A DNA stretch of 64,000 bases, taken from Polyangiales bacterium. Lineage in GTDB: Bacteria > Myxococcota_A > Polyangia > Polyangiales > Polyangiaceae. The position numbers were made by a program, and so were the translations under genes. Each line of letters starts with the position of its first letter. The stretch's first letter is position 1. Positions 19,149-28,057 of the stretch are shown in pieces. The notes beneath the pieces were generated by a model. It had not been told where the DNA came from. It saw only the letters and a list, made by a program, of their open reading frames with translations, and made no database searches. The DNA lies in contig JBBRNJ010000027.1 in assembly GCA_038230375.1 (NCBI GenBank), forward strand, positions 1 through 64,000. The letters are read 5' to 3'.

Positions 19149-19651
19149 GGAACGACGACGAATGCGCCGATCATGATGGAGTGATTGTCGCAGTGATAGC
19201 CGAACGTGCCGGGGGTGGTGAACGTGATGGTCACCGAGCCGCCGTCGGGCGTGCCGCTGCCCGCGATCGGGTTCGGGGTGTCGCCGCCAAAATTGACGAG
19301 CGGGTGGCTCGTGAAGCTGCCGGTGAACTTCACCGTGTTGCCGACCTTGATCTTGGAGCAGTGGTCCGGGAGGTTGGCGACAGAGGTGTCCCACACGAGA
19401 TCGACTTCAGCCTTCGCGGTGTTGTCCACGTACGTCGCGCAGCCGTTGAAGCCGCCGTCCGCGATCGCGCCCGAGTCCAGGTCGCCGCCGCCGGAGTCCG
19501 TGTCGCCGCCAGCGCCGGAGTCATCCGTGGCCGGGTGGGTGTTGACGCCAGAATCGGTGCCGGTGTTGTTCACGGTGGTGCTGCTGCTCGAGCAGGCGGC
19601 TCCAAGGGCGATGGCAGAGGCAGAAACAAGGATAAAAAGCTCTCTTCTCAT
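19145..19651 (-). CDS. Cupredoxin (type-1 copper) lipoprotein, paralog of the downstream gene
   Basis: MRRELFILVSASAIALGAA-C; SHPL His and YHCDNHSIM. Confidence 0.85.
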   Translation of the reverse strand: MRRELFILVSASAIALGAACSSSSTTVNNTGTDSGVNTHPATDDSGAGGDTDSGGGDLDSGAIADGGFNGCATYVDNTAKAEVDLVWDTSVANLPDHCSKIKVGNTVKFTGSFTSHPLVNFGGDTPNPIAGSGTPDGGSVTITFTTPGTFGYHCDNHSIMIGAFVVVP

Positions 19652-19762
19652 GTCGTCAAGGCTAGCGGAATCGGTTGATCCCCGCGAAACATTTTCACTT
19701 TGACCTCCGCAAATGATTTTTCCGAAGACGTCACGGGGGTATAGGCCTACCAGGAAACGCGC

Positions 19763-21163
19763 ATGCGCCTCGCAACGCTCATTGGACCGGATCTGAAGCA
19801 GCTCCTCCGGGATGACCCGGAGCAGGTGAGCGAGCTGCTCAGCGAGCTCCACGCGGAGGACGTTGCCGACATCATCTCCGAGCTCGACCCGGACGAGGCC
19901 GCGGAGTTCCTCTCTCGTATCCCCGCCGAGGACGCCGCGCCCATCTTCGAGCGCCTCGAGGACCACGAGCAAGAGAGCATCGTCGAGCTCATGCCGTCGG
20001 AGTCGGTCGTCCAGATCGCCAGCGAGATGGCGTCCGACGATCGCGCTGACTTCTTCAGCGTGCTGCCAGAGGCCGTCGGCGACAAGCTGCTCGAGGAGCT
20101 CGAACGCGTAGACCCCGAGGCCGCAGAGGACGTCCGCGAGATCGAGAAGTGGCCGGACACCTCCGCCGGTCACCTGATGAGCCGCGGCTACGTGTTCATT
20201 GCGCCGGAGGTCACCGTCGCGGCGGCCATCGGCGCCGTGCGCATCCACGCCGAGGAGCGCTCGGAGCCCATCTACAACGTGTACGCGCTGGACGAGAAGG
20301 ACACGCTCGTCGGCATCGCGTCGCTGCGCGATCTGCTGCTTGCAGATCCGTCCGCCAGGCTCTCCACCATCCTGCGCACCAACGTCATCAGCGTGGTGCC
20401 GGAGATGGATCAGGAAGAGGTCGCGCGCCGCATGGCCAAGTACGACCTCAACGTCATGCCCGTGGTCGACCAGACCGGCAAGATCCTGGGCGTCATCACC
20501 ATCGACGACATCATCGACGTCCTCACCGCCGAACAGACCGAAGACGTGCAGAAGATCGGCGGCGTCGAGCCGCTGGACGTGCCGTACTTCCAGACCAGCT
20601 TCCTCTCCTTCATCCGCAAGCGCGGCGTCTGGCTCGTGGTCCTCTTCCTGGAGGAGTTCTTCACGCAGACCGCGCTCCGCCACTACGATCCCGTGTTCCG
20701 CGCGATCGAAGGCGCCAGCTACTACGTGCCGCTCCTCATCTCCACCGGCGGCAACTCGGGCTCGCAGTCCTCCACGCTCGTCATCCGTGGCATGGCGGTC
20801 GGCGAGATCAAACCGAAGGATTGGTGGCGCATCCTCTACCGCGAGGCCGGGATGGGGCTCGTGCTCGGCATCTTCCTTGGCGCGATCGGGTTCGCGCGCG
20901 TCCTCATGTACCAGGACCAGCACCTGCCGTTCGCCTTCACGATCGGGTTCACGCTCGTGGGCATCGTGATGTGCGGCTGCACCGTGGGATCCATGCTCCC
21001 GATCATCCTCCGTCGGTGCGGCGTCGACCCCGCCACGTCGTCCACGCCGTTCATCGCCAGCCTGGTGGACGTGCTCGGCATCGTCATCTTCGTCCACGTC
21101 GCGAAGGTCATCATGGCCGCAGTGCTCGCTCACCCCGCCGTCGTCTTGCCGCACTGCGAGTGA
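19763..21163 (+). CDS. mgtE: Magnesium transporter MgtE
   Basis: Acidic N domain, CBS pair (SAGHLM, KYDLNVMPVVD, GVITIDDIID), TM motifs TGGNSGSQS and GVDPATSSTPFIASLVDVLG. Confidence 0.96.
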   Translation: MRLATLIGPDLKQLLRDDPEQVSELLSELHAEDVADIISELDPDEAAEFLSRIPAEDAAPIFERLEDHEQESIVELMPSESVVQIASEMASDDRADFFSVLPEAVGDKLLEELERVDPEAAEDVREIEKWPDTSAGHLMSRGYVFIAPEVTVAAAIGAVRIHAEERSEPIYNVYALDEKDTLVGIASLRDLLLADPSARLSTILRTNVISVVPEMDQEEVARRMAKYDLNVMPVVDQTGKILGVITIDDIIDVLTAEQTEDVQKIGGVEPLDVPYFQTSFLSFIRKRGVWLVVLFLEEFFTQTALRHYDPVFRAIEGASYYVPLLISTGGNSGSQSSTLVIRGMAVGEIKPKDWWRILYREAGMGLVLGIFLGAIGFARVLMYQDQHLPFAFTIGFTLVGIVMCGCTVGSMLPIILRRCGVDPATSSTPFIASLVDVLGIVIFVHVAKVIMAAVLAHPAVVLPHCE

Positions 21164-22107
21164 ACGCCGTGAGCTGCCGCAGGATCCTTTGCGTCGGGCT
21201 CGCTTTCGCGCTGCTGCTGCCGCCCACTTCTGGATGCAAGCGATCGAAGGAGGCCAAGGTCGAGGCCATCTGGGTAGGGAAGGGCGCCACGTGCGTGCGG
21301 CTCGCTGGCGGAAGCGTGCGCTGCGCGGGCCCTGGCGGCGGCGTACACGGCGAGGTCGGCGGGGGCTTCCGCGAGATCCCGATGCTGAAGGACGCAACGT
21401 CCATCGCGCTCGCCGAGACGTCTGGTTGCGCGGTCGCGCCGCCTCGCCTCCTCTGCTTCGGCACGCCGTTTCGCTCCACGATCGACTCGCCATCCATCTT
21501 CGACGCGAGCATCCTCGCCGTCTCCGCTGTCGTCGCCATGGATGATGCGGTGTGTGTGCACGAGTCGGGGCTCCACCTCCGCTGCTTCGACGCCACAGGG
21601 CATGCGGGGCCGGAGCTCATGTCCACCAGGCTCGCGCCCGCGGCCGGTGGCGGCTCGTCATGCGGCATTGCCGGCGACGGAGCCGCGCACTGCTTTGGTG
21701 AGCTCGCAGGCGTCACGTTGACGGCGAGCACGCCGCTCATTTCGCTCGCGGTTCGCGCGGGGCGTGTCTGCGGCATCACGAGCGACGCCTCGGTGGTGTG
21801 CGCGACCTTGGCAGGCATGGAGCCGCCGCGCCCCGTGAACGCGGAGACGCTTGCGTTCCAGGGCGACTCGCTCTGCGTCGCGCACAAGAACAAGACCATG
21901 AGCTGCGAGGAGCGCGGAGTCCTCCACACCATCTCTGGCGTGTTCGCGGTGAAGAGCCTCTCCGGCGCGGCCGGCAACGCGTGCTTCGTGGGTCAGGAGC
22001 AGGTCGCGTTCTGCTGGGGCGAGAACACGCGCGCGGAGCTCGGCACTGCGGAAAAAGGCCTGCGGGAGGTGCCCGCGTCGATATTCTTCCGCGAATCCGG
22101 ATCCTGA
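21160..22107 (+). CDS. RCC1-like repeat (lipo)protein
   Basis: GTG overlaps the mgtE stop; signal with TSG-C; TCVRLAGGSVRC, CGIAGDGAAHCFG, AFCWGENTRAELG repeats. Confidence 0.7.
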   Translation: MNAVSCRRILCVGLAFALLLPPTSGCKRSKEAKVEAIWVGKGATCVRLAGGSVRCAGPGGGVHGEVGGGFREIPMLKDATSIALAETSGCAVAPPRLLCFGTPFRSTIDSPSIFDASILAVSAVVAMDDAVCVHESGLHLRCFDATGHAGPELMSTRLAPAAGGGSSCGIAGDGAAHCFGELAGVTLTASTPLISLAVRAGRVCGITSDASVVCATLAGMEPPRPVNAETLAFQGDSLCVAHKNKTMSCEERGVLHTISGVFAVKSLSGAAGNACFVGQEQVAFCWGENTRAELGTAEKGLREVPASIFFRESGS

Positions 22108-22119
22108 TACCTTGGCGCC

Positions 22120-23232
22120 ATGAAGCGCACGACAGCCGTGATCCTGACGGGGCTCGCCCTTGCGGCGTGCAGGCACGAAGACGCATACGAGAAGCCACTC
22201 ACCTCGGTGAAGGTGCAGCCGCTGGAGAAGCAGCAGGCGCAGGCGGCGTCGCGCTACTCGGCCAGCGTGGAGCCGTTCGCGAAGGTGGACCTGGCCTTCA
22301 AGGTCGGCGGCTACTTGCGGGACATCGCGCAGGCGAAGGGCGTGGACGGACAGATGCGGACCATCCAGGAGGGCGACTCCGTGTCGAAGGGCGCCGTGCT
22401 CGCGAACGTGCGCGAGGGCGACTACCTGCAGCGCGTCGCTGGCGCGAAGGCCGTGCTCGCAGAGGCCACGGCCGTGCGCGAGCAGCTGAAGCTCGAGGCG
22501 GAGCGCACGCAGAAGCTCGTCACGTCCGGCAGCCTTGCGCAGTCCACCCTGGATCAGATGAAGGCGCAGCTGGACGCGGCGAACGCCCGCGTGGACGCAG
22601 CAAACGCGCAGCTCACGGAGGCGCAGAACGCCGTGGGCGACACCGCGCTCCGCACGCCGATCGAAGGCGTCGTGTTGAAGCGCGGCGTGGAGGTGGGGTC
22701 GCTGGTCGCGCCCGGCGCCGTCGGGTTCGTCATTGCGGACACGCGTTCCGTGAAGGCCGTCTTCGGCGTGCCGGACGTGATGCTCGAGAAGTTGAAGCTG
22801 GGCAGCGAGATGGACATCACCAGCGAGGCCGCGCCCGGCGTCCTCTTCAAGGGGCGCATCACGCGCGTCTCTCCCTCCGCAGACCTGAAGAGCCGCGTGT
22901 TCGAGGTGGAGACCACGATCCCGAATGGCAAGCAGGAGCTCAAGACCGGCATGATCGCAGCGCTGAAGGTCACGGATGGAAATGCGGCCGCGCCCGCCGC
23001 CGTGGTCCCGCTGTCGTCGGTGATCCGGTCCGCGAAGAATCCCAGCGGCTTCGCCGTCTTCGTGGTGACCGACGAGGGCGGAAAGCAGGTCGCGCACACG
23101 CGGGACGTCGAGCTCGGCGATCCGCTCGGCAACCGCATCCTCGTGATCGGCGGGCTCGGCTCCGGGGACAAGGTCGTGGTGCGCGGCGCCACGCTCATCT
23201 CCGAGGGTGAGCAGGTCCAGGTGATCCAGTAA
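22120..23232 (+). CDS. RND efflux periplasmic adaptor (membrane fusion) lipoprotein
   Basis: LAA-C lipobox; VDLAFKVGG, EGDSVSKG, coiled coil, LRTPIEGVV, LKTGMIA, GLGSGDKVVVRG. Confidence 0.93.
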   Translation: MKRTTAVILTGLALAACRHEDAYEKPLTSVKVQPLEKQQAQAASRYSASVEPFAKVDLAFKVGGYLRDIAQAKGVDGQMRTIQEGDSVSKGAVLANVREGDYLQRVAGAKAVLAEATAVREQLKLEAERTQKLVTSGSLAQSTLDQMKAQLDAANARVDAANAQLTEAQNAVGDTALRTPIEGVVLKRGVEVGSLVAPGAVGFVIADTRSVKAVFGVPDVMLEKLKLGSEMDITSEAAPGVLFKGRITRVSPSADLKSRVFEVETTIPNGKQELKTGMIAALKVTDGNAAAPAAVVPLSSVIRSAKNPSGFAVFVVTDEGGKQVAHTRDVELGDPLGNRILVIGGLGSGDKVVVRGATLISEGEQVQVIQ

Positions 23233-26200
23233 TGGCTCACAAGTCCGACGAAGAGATCATCGCCAAGACCCACAACACCGCGCGCTTCTTCACCGAGACG
23301 CGGCATGTGGCCTGGGTGCTGCTGGTCGCCACCATCCTGTGGGGCGCGTTCTCCTACTGGCGCATGCCAAAGCGAAAGGATCCCGTGATCCCCATTCGCT
23401 TCGCCGTCGCGACCTGCACGTGGCCGGGCGCGCCCGCGGAGAAGATCGAGGAGCTGGTCACGCGCCGGATGGAGCTCAAGATCGCGGAGAACTCCAAGGT
23501 GGAGCGCATCGAGTCGGTGACGCGTAGCTCCGTGGCGGTGGTGTACGTGACGCTCGAGGAGGGCACCACGGACGTCGGCAAGGAGTTCGACGACATCAAG
23601 ATGAAGCTGGACGGCGTGCGCGAGCTGCCGCAGGGCGCGGGCCCGATCAACTTCATCAAGGACTTCGGCGACACGGCCACGCTCATGCTCACGCTCACCA
23701 CGCCAAAGGTGAGCGACGTCGAGATCGCCCTGCGCGCGCGCTCGATCAAGCGCGCCATCGAGGACGCTCGCTCGCACGTCCCGCCGGAGCTCGCGAGCCA
23801 CCGCGCCACCATGGTGGTCCCGTATCCGCAGACCATGAACGCGACCACGCTTCATCAGCTGGGCCCGCTCATCCAGAAATTCCTGACCGATCAAAAATTC
23901 GCGACGGACGTGCGCCTCTTCGAGGGGCCTGGATTCCTGGCGATCGACGCGCAGACGGAGGCGAGCGATCTGCAGATCATCGGCTTCGTGCGCAACTTCG
24001 TTTCCACCCAGCTGCGCGAGGACGAGCTGTCACCGGACATCTGGTTCCCGCCGCCGATCATCCACGACCCCGCCGAGACAGAGGCCAAGCTCACGCTCTC
24101 CGCGGGCGTGCGATACAGCTACGACCAGCTGGACGACTTCTCGGATCGCATCCAGCGCGCGCTGCAGGCAGTCCCTCAGGTCGCAAAGGTCACGCGCACG
24201 GGCGTGCGCCAGGAGCGCGTCTACCTCTCCTACTCGCAGGAGCGTCTCGCGGCGTACGGGGTGCAGACCTCGCAGCTCGCGAACATCCTGGGCGCGCGCA
24301 ACATCATGATCCCCGGCGGCGTGCTCGAGGTGGACGGCAAGAACCTCACCATCCAGCCCACGGGAGAGTTCCGCAGCGACAAGGAGATCGGCGATCTGGT
24401 CCTCGGCGCATCGCCATCGGGCTCGCCCGTCTACCTGCGCGACGTCATGAACGTGAGCCGCGAGTTCGAGAACCCGGCGCGCTTCCTGAACTTCTACTTG
24501 TGGAAGGACAAGAACGGCATTCCACGCCGCTCGCGCGCCGTCACGCTCGCGGTGACCATGCGCCAGGGCGAGCAGACGCAGAACTTCGGAAAGGCCGTGA
24601 ACAAGGCCCTGGCCGACGTGGGCGAGCTGCTCCCCGAGGACCTCATCATCGCGCGCACGAGCGATCAGCCGCAGCAGGTGAGCGAGAACGTCGAGCTCTT
24701 CATGCGCAGCCTGTACGAGGCGATCATCCTGGTCGTCGCCGTTGCGTTCATCGGCTTCTGGGAGTGGCGTTCCGCGCTGGTCATGGCGCTCTGCATCCCG
24801 CTCACGCTGGCCATGACATTCGGGTTCATGCACATCCTGGGCATCGACGTGCAGCAGGTGTCGATCGCGTCGCTCATCATCGCGCTCGGGCTCCTGGTGG
24901 ACGATCCAGTGGTCGCGGGCGACGCCATCAAGCGTGAGCTGGGCGCGGGCAAGCTGCGCGTCGTCGCCGCGTGGCTCGGCCCCACGAAGCTGGCCACAGC
25001 GATCCTGTTCGCGACCGTCACGAACATCGTCGCGTACCTGCCGTTCCTGACGCTCACGGGCGACGTGGGCAAGTTCATCTACACGTTGCCGGTGGTGCTC
25101 ACGTGCTCGCTCGTGGCGTCGCGCCTGGTGTCGATGACGTTCATCCCATTGCTTGGATATTACATCCTTCGCGCGCCGAAGCGGCCCGACCCCACGCCGG
25201 AAGAGCGGCGAACGAAGGGGTTTTCGAAGCAGTACTACCGCGCCGTTGGCTGGGCGATCGACCACAGGTGGAAGGTCCTCGTCGCGTCGCTCGTGCTGCT
25301 CGTCGGGATGTTCGGCATGGCGTCCAGGCTGAAGGACAGCTTCTTCCCCAAGGACCTGTCGTACCTGTCGTACGTGGACGTGTGGCTGCCGGAGGACGCG
25401 CCGCTCTCGGCCACGAACGAGGTGACGATGAAGGTCGAACAGACCATTCGCGACGTCACAGCCGAGTACGGAAAGACCCACCCGGACGAGGACGGCAAAC
25501 CGCGCGATCTCTTGCAGTCGCTCACCACGTTTGTCGGTGGTGGTGGCCCGCGGTTCTGGTTCTCCGTCAGCCCTGAGCTGCAGCAGCTGAACTATGCGCA
25601 GGTCATCATCCAGGTGAAGGACAAGCACGACACCGGGCACCTTGTCTCGCCGCTGCAGCACGCGCTGTCGCAGATCCCCGGCGCGCGCATCGACGTCCGG
25701 CAGCTCGAGAACGGGAAGCCCGTTGGCGTACCGGTCTCACTCCGCATCTCTGGCGACGACATCCCGCGCCTGCGCGAGCTCGCAACCAAGGCCAAGGAGG
25801 TCTATCGCTCCGTCCCTGACTGCGATCGCGTGCGCGACGACTGGGGCTCGGAGAGCTTCGCCATCAAGCTCGCGATCGATCCAGACCGCGCGAGCCTTGC
25901 CGGCGTCACCAACTACGACGTGGCGCTGTCGTCCGCCGCAGGGCTCAACGGCATCGCGGTGGGGTCACTGCACGAGGGTGACAAGCAGATCCCGATCATC
26001 GCGCGTCTTCGCGGCCTGGAGCGCGGGCAGCTGAGCGACGTCGGCAACCTGTACATCTACTCGGCCACGACGCCGCAGAAGGTGCCGCTCCGTCAGGTGT
26101 CCACCGTGGAGTACGGCATGGGCATCGAGAAGATCCGGCGCCGCGATCACATGCGCACCATCGCGGTGTCGGCGTTCCCGGTGCCGGGAAAGCTCCCGTC

Positions 26201-26807
26201 CGAGATCATGAAGCAGGCGCACCCGAAGATAGATGCGCTCATCAAGAGCGTGCCGCCCGGCTACAAGATCGAGATCGGCGGGGAGGAGGAGGAGCAGAAG
26301 AAGGGCTTCCTGCAGCTCGCGATCGTGCTCGTCCTCAGCGTTCTGGGCATCTACATCGCCCTGGTCCTGCAGTTCAAGAACGCGGTGAAGCCGCTGATCG
26401 TGTTCGCAGCCATTCCATACGGGATCGGCGCGGCCGTCGCGTCGCTCTCCATCATGGGCGCGCCGTTCGGGTTCATCGCGTTCCTGGCGATCATCAGCCT
26501 CATCGGCGTGATCGTGAGCCACGTCATCGTGCTCTTCGATCACATCGAAGAATGCCACGAGAAGGGAGAGCCCCTCCGCGACGCCCTCCTGGACGCGGGG
26601 ATGGTGCGCTTGCGGCCGGTGCTGATCACGGTCGGCGCGACGGTGTTCGGGCTGGTCCCGCTCGCGCTCCACGGCGGCCCGCTGTGGGAGCCGCTCTGCT
26701 ACGCGCAGATCGGCGGCCTCACGCTCGCAACCACCATCACGCTCGTACTGGTGCCGGTCCTCTACGCGATCTTCGTCCTGGATCTGAAGCTCGTGAAGTG
26801 GGGCTAG
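23232..26807 (+). CDS. RND efflux permease (AcrB/AcrD/AcrF family)
   Basis: WPGAPAEKIEELVT, IALGLLVDDPVV, RLRPVLIT, GGPLWEPL, LVLVPVLY; two periplasmic halves. Confidence 0.95.
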   Translation: MAHKSDEEIIAKTHNTARFFTETRHVAWVLLVATILWGAFSYWRMPKRKDPVIPIRFAVATCTWPGAPAEKIEELVTRRMELKIAENSKVERIESVTRSSVAVVYVTLEEGTTDVGKEFDDIKMKLDGVRELPQGAGPINFIKDFGDTATLMLTLTTPKVSDVEIALRARSIKRAIEDARSHVPPELASHRATMVVPYPQTMNATTLHQLGPLIQKFLTDQKFATDVRLFEGPGFLAIDAQTEASDLQIIGFVRNFVSTQLREDELSPDIWFPPPIIHDPAETEAKLTLSAGVRYSYDQLDDFSDRIQRALQAVPQVAKVTRTGVRQERVYLSYSQERLAAYGVQTSQLANILGARNIMIPGGVLEVDGKNLTIQPTGEFRSDKEIGDLVLGASPSGSPVYLRDVMNVSREFENPARFLNFYLWKDKNGIPRRSRAVTLAVTMRQGEQTQNFGKAVNKALADVGELLPEDLIIARTSDQPQQVSENVELFMRSLYEAIILVVAVAFIGFWEWRSALVMALCIPLTLAMTFGFMHILGIDVQQVSIASLIIALGLLVDDPVVAGDAIKRELGAGKLRVVAAWLGPTKLATAILFATVTNIVAYLPFLTLTGDVGKFIYTLPVVLTCSLVASRLVSMTFIPLLGYYILRAPKRPDPTPEERRTKGFSKQYYRAVGWAIDHRWKVLVASLVLLVGMFGMASRLKDSFFPKDLSYLSYVDVWLPEDAPLSATNEVTMKVEQTIRDVTAEYGKTHPDEDGKPRDLLQSLTTFVGGGGPRFWFSVSPELQQLNYAQVIIQVKDKHDTGHLVSPLQHALSQIPGARIDVRQLENGKPVGVPVSLRISGDDIPRLRELATKAKEVYRSVPDCDRVRDDWGSESFAIKLAIDPDRASLAGVTNYDVALSSAAGLNGIAVGSLHEGDKQIPIIARLRGLERGQLSDVGNLYIYSATTPQKVPLRQVSTVEYGMGIEKIRRRDHMRTIAVSAFPVPGKLPSEIMKQAHPKIDALIKSVPPGYKIEIGGEEEEQKKGFLQLAIVLVLSVLGIYIALVLQFKNAVKPLIVFAAIPYGIGAAVASLSIMGAPFGFIAFLAIISLIGVIVSHVIVLFDHIEECHEKGEPLRDALLDAGMVRLRPVLITVGATVFGLVPLALHGGPLWEPLCYAQIGGLTLATTITLVLVPVLYAIFVLDLKLVKWG

Positions 26808-26820
26808 CGGGCTAGCGGGT

Positions 26821-26982
26821 GGCGCGCGCATCTTCTCGTTCCACCCATTCGAGCCCTCGCGCATCGACGCCTCCGCCGCGGAGAACCGCAGCGTCCGCAC
26901 CGCGTTCACGCAGATGGTGCAGACCTACGACGCGAACAAGCATCCGAGCAGCCTGTATTCATTCTATCGTCCAGCGAAGTGA
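26821..26982 (+). pseudogene. Possible start-less gene remnant
   Basis: Open frame GARIFSFHPFEPSRIDASAAENRSVRTAFTQMVQTYDANKHPSSLYSFYRPAK* with coding-like GC3 bias and no start codon at its 5' end; follows a GGGCTAGC duplication. Confidence 0.35.
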
Positions 26983-27091
26983 GCCAAGGGCGCGGAAGGC
27001 TGATACGAATCCGCGAAACCGAACCCGCGCGCGCGCGTAGCGTCGTGTGCATCGACGCATACGAGCGGCTCCCGCTGAAACAGAAGGTTCC

Positions 27092-28057
27092 ATGACGTCT
27101 CCCTCCGACGAGATCACCCCACCGTCGCTCTACCTGAACCGACGCGCGCTCCTCAAGGGCGGCCTCCTCGTGGCAAGCGCCGCCGCGACGGGGTTGGTCT
27201 ATCGCGGCCTGAACGGGATGGCCATGGCGCCGCCGAAGACCAAGGAGCTCACCGGCGTTGTCTCTGCGTCGAACGACGCTGAAAAGGGCTTCCGCGTGCA
27301 GGGAGAGGCCATGACGTCCCTCACGGCGATCGCGAGCTACAACAACTTCTACGAGTTCACGACCAACAAGGACGCGGTCGCCGGGAGCGCCAAGAACTTC
27401 GTGACCGACGGATGGAAGGTCGCGGTCGACGGCCTGGTGCACGAGCCGCGCGTGTTCGACCTGGACGACCTCCGCAAGATCGCCCCGACGGAGGAGCGCA
27501 TCTATCGCATGCGCTGCGTCGAGGCATGGTCCATGGTCATCCCCTGGGCCGGACTCCCGCTCGCCGCGCTGCTCGAGCGCGTTCGACCGATGAGCGACGC
27601 GCGCTACGTCGCCTTCGAGACCCTCCACGACGCCACCCGCATGCCCGGCCAGGCAACCGCGGTCCTTGACTGGCCGTACGTGGAGGGCCTGCGCCTTGAC
27701 GAGGCCATGCACCCGCTCACCCTCCTTGCCACGGGGCTCTACGGCCGCGAGCTGCCGCCGCAGGACGGAGCTCCCCTGAGGCTCGTGGTCCCCTGGAAGT
27801 ACGGATTCAAGGGCATCAAATCGATCGTGAAGATCACCCTCACCTCCATGCAGCCGCCGTCCACCTGGAACAAGCAGGCGCCGGCAGAGTATGGCTTCTT
27901 CGCGAACGTGAACCCGGCGGTCGATCACCCGCGGTGGAGCCAGGCGACCGAGCAGCGCATCGGCGAGAGCGGGCGCCGACCCACGCTGCCCTTCAATGGC
28001 TACGCCGATCAGGTAGCGCGCCTCTACGCAGGGATGGATCTCCGTGCGAACTACTGA
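27092..28057 (+). CDS. msrP: Protein-methionine-sulfoxide reductase catalytic subunit MsrP (Tat-exported molybdoenzyme)
   Basis: [14 protein letters not shown]at motif, [52 protein letters not shown]. Confidence 0.96.
   Translation: MTSPSDEITPPSLYLNRRALLKGGLLVASAAATGLVYRGLNGMAMAPPKTKELTGVVSASNDAEKGFRVQGEAMTSLTAIASYNNFYEFTTNKDAVAGSAKNFVTDGWKVAVDGLVHEPRVFDLDDLRKIAPTEERIYRMRCVEAWSMVIPWAGLPLAALLERVRPMSDARYVAFETLHDATRMPGQATAVLDWPYVEGLRLDEAMHPLTLLATGLYGRELPPQDGAPLRLVVPWKYGFKGIKSIVKITLTSMQPPSTWNKQAPAEYGFFANVNPAVDHPRWSQATEQRIGESGRRPTLPFNGYADQVARLYAGMDLRANY

Noticed and set aside
3185..21493. Long alternative-frame ORFs (e.g. 3185-5779+, 6296-8578+, 10121-11935+, 13427-15859-, 15919-18201-, and the 5' part of 19145-21493-)
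   Set aside because: Arg/Ala/Gly-rich shadow frames of real genes in high-GC DNA, with no motifs; the same applies to similar ORFs across the window
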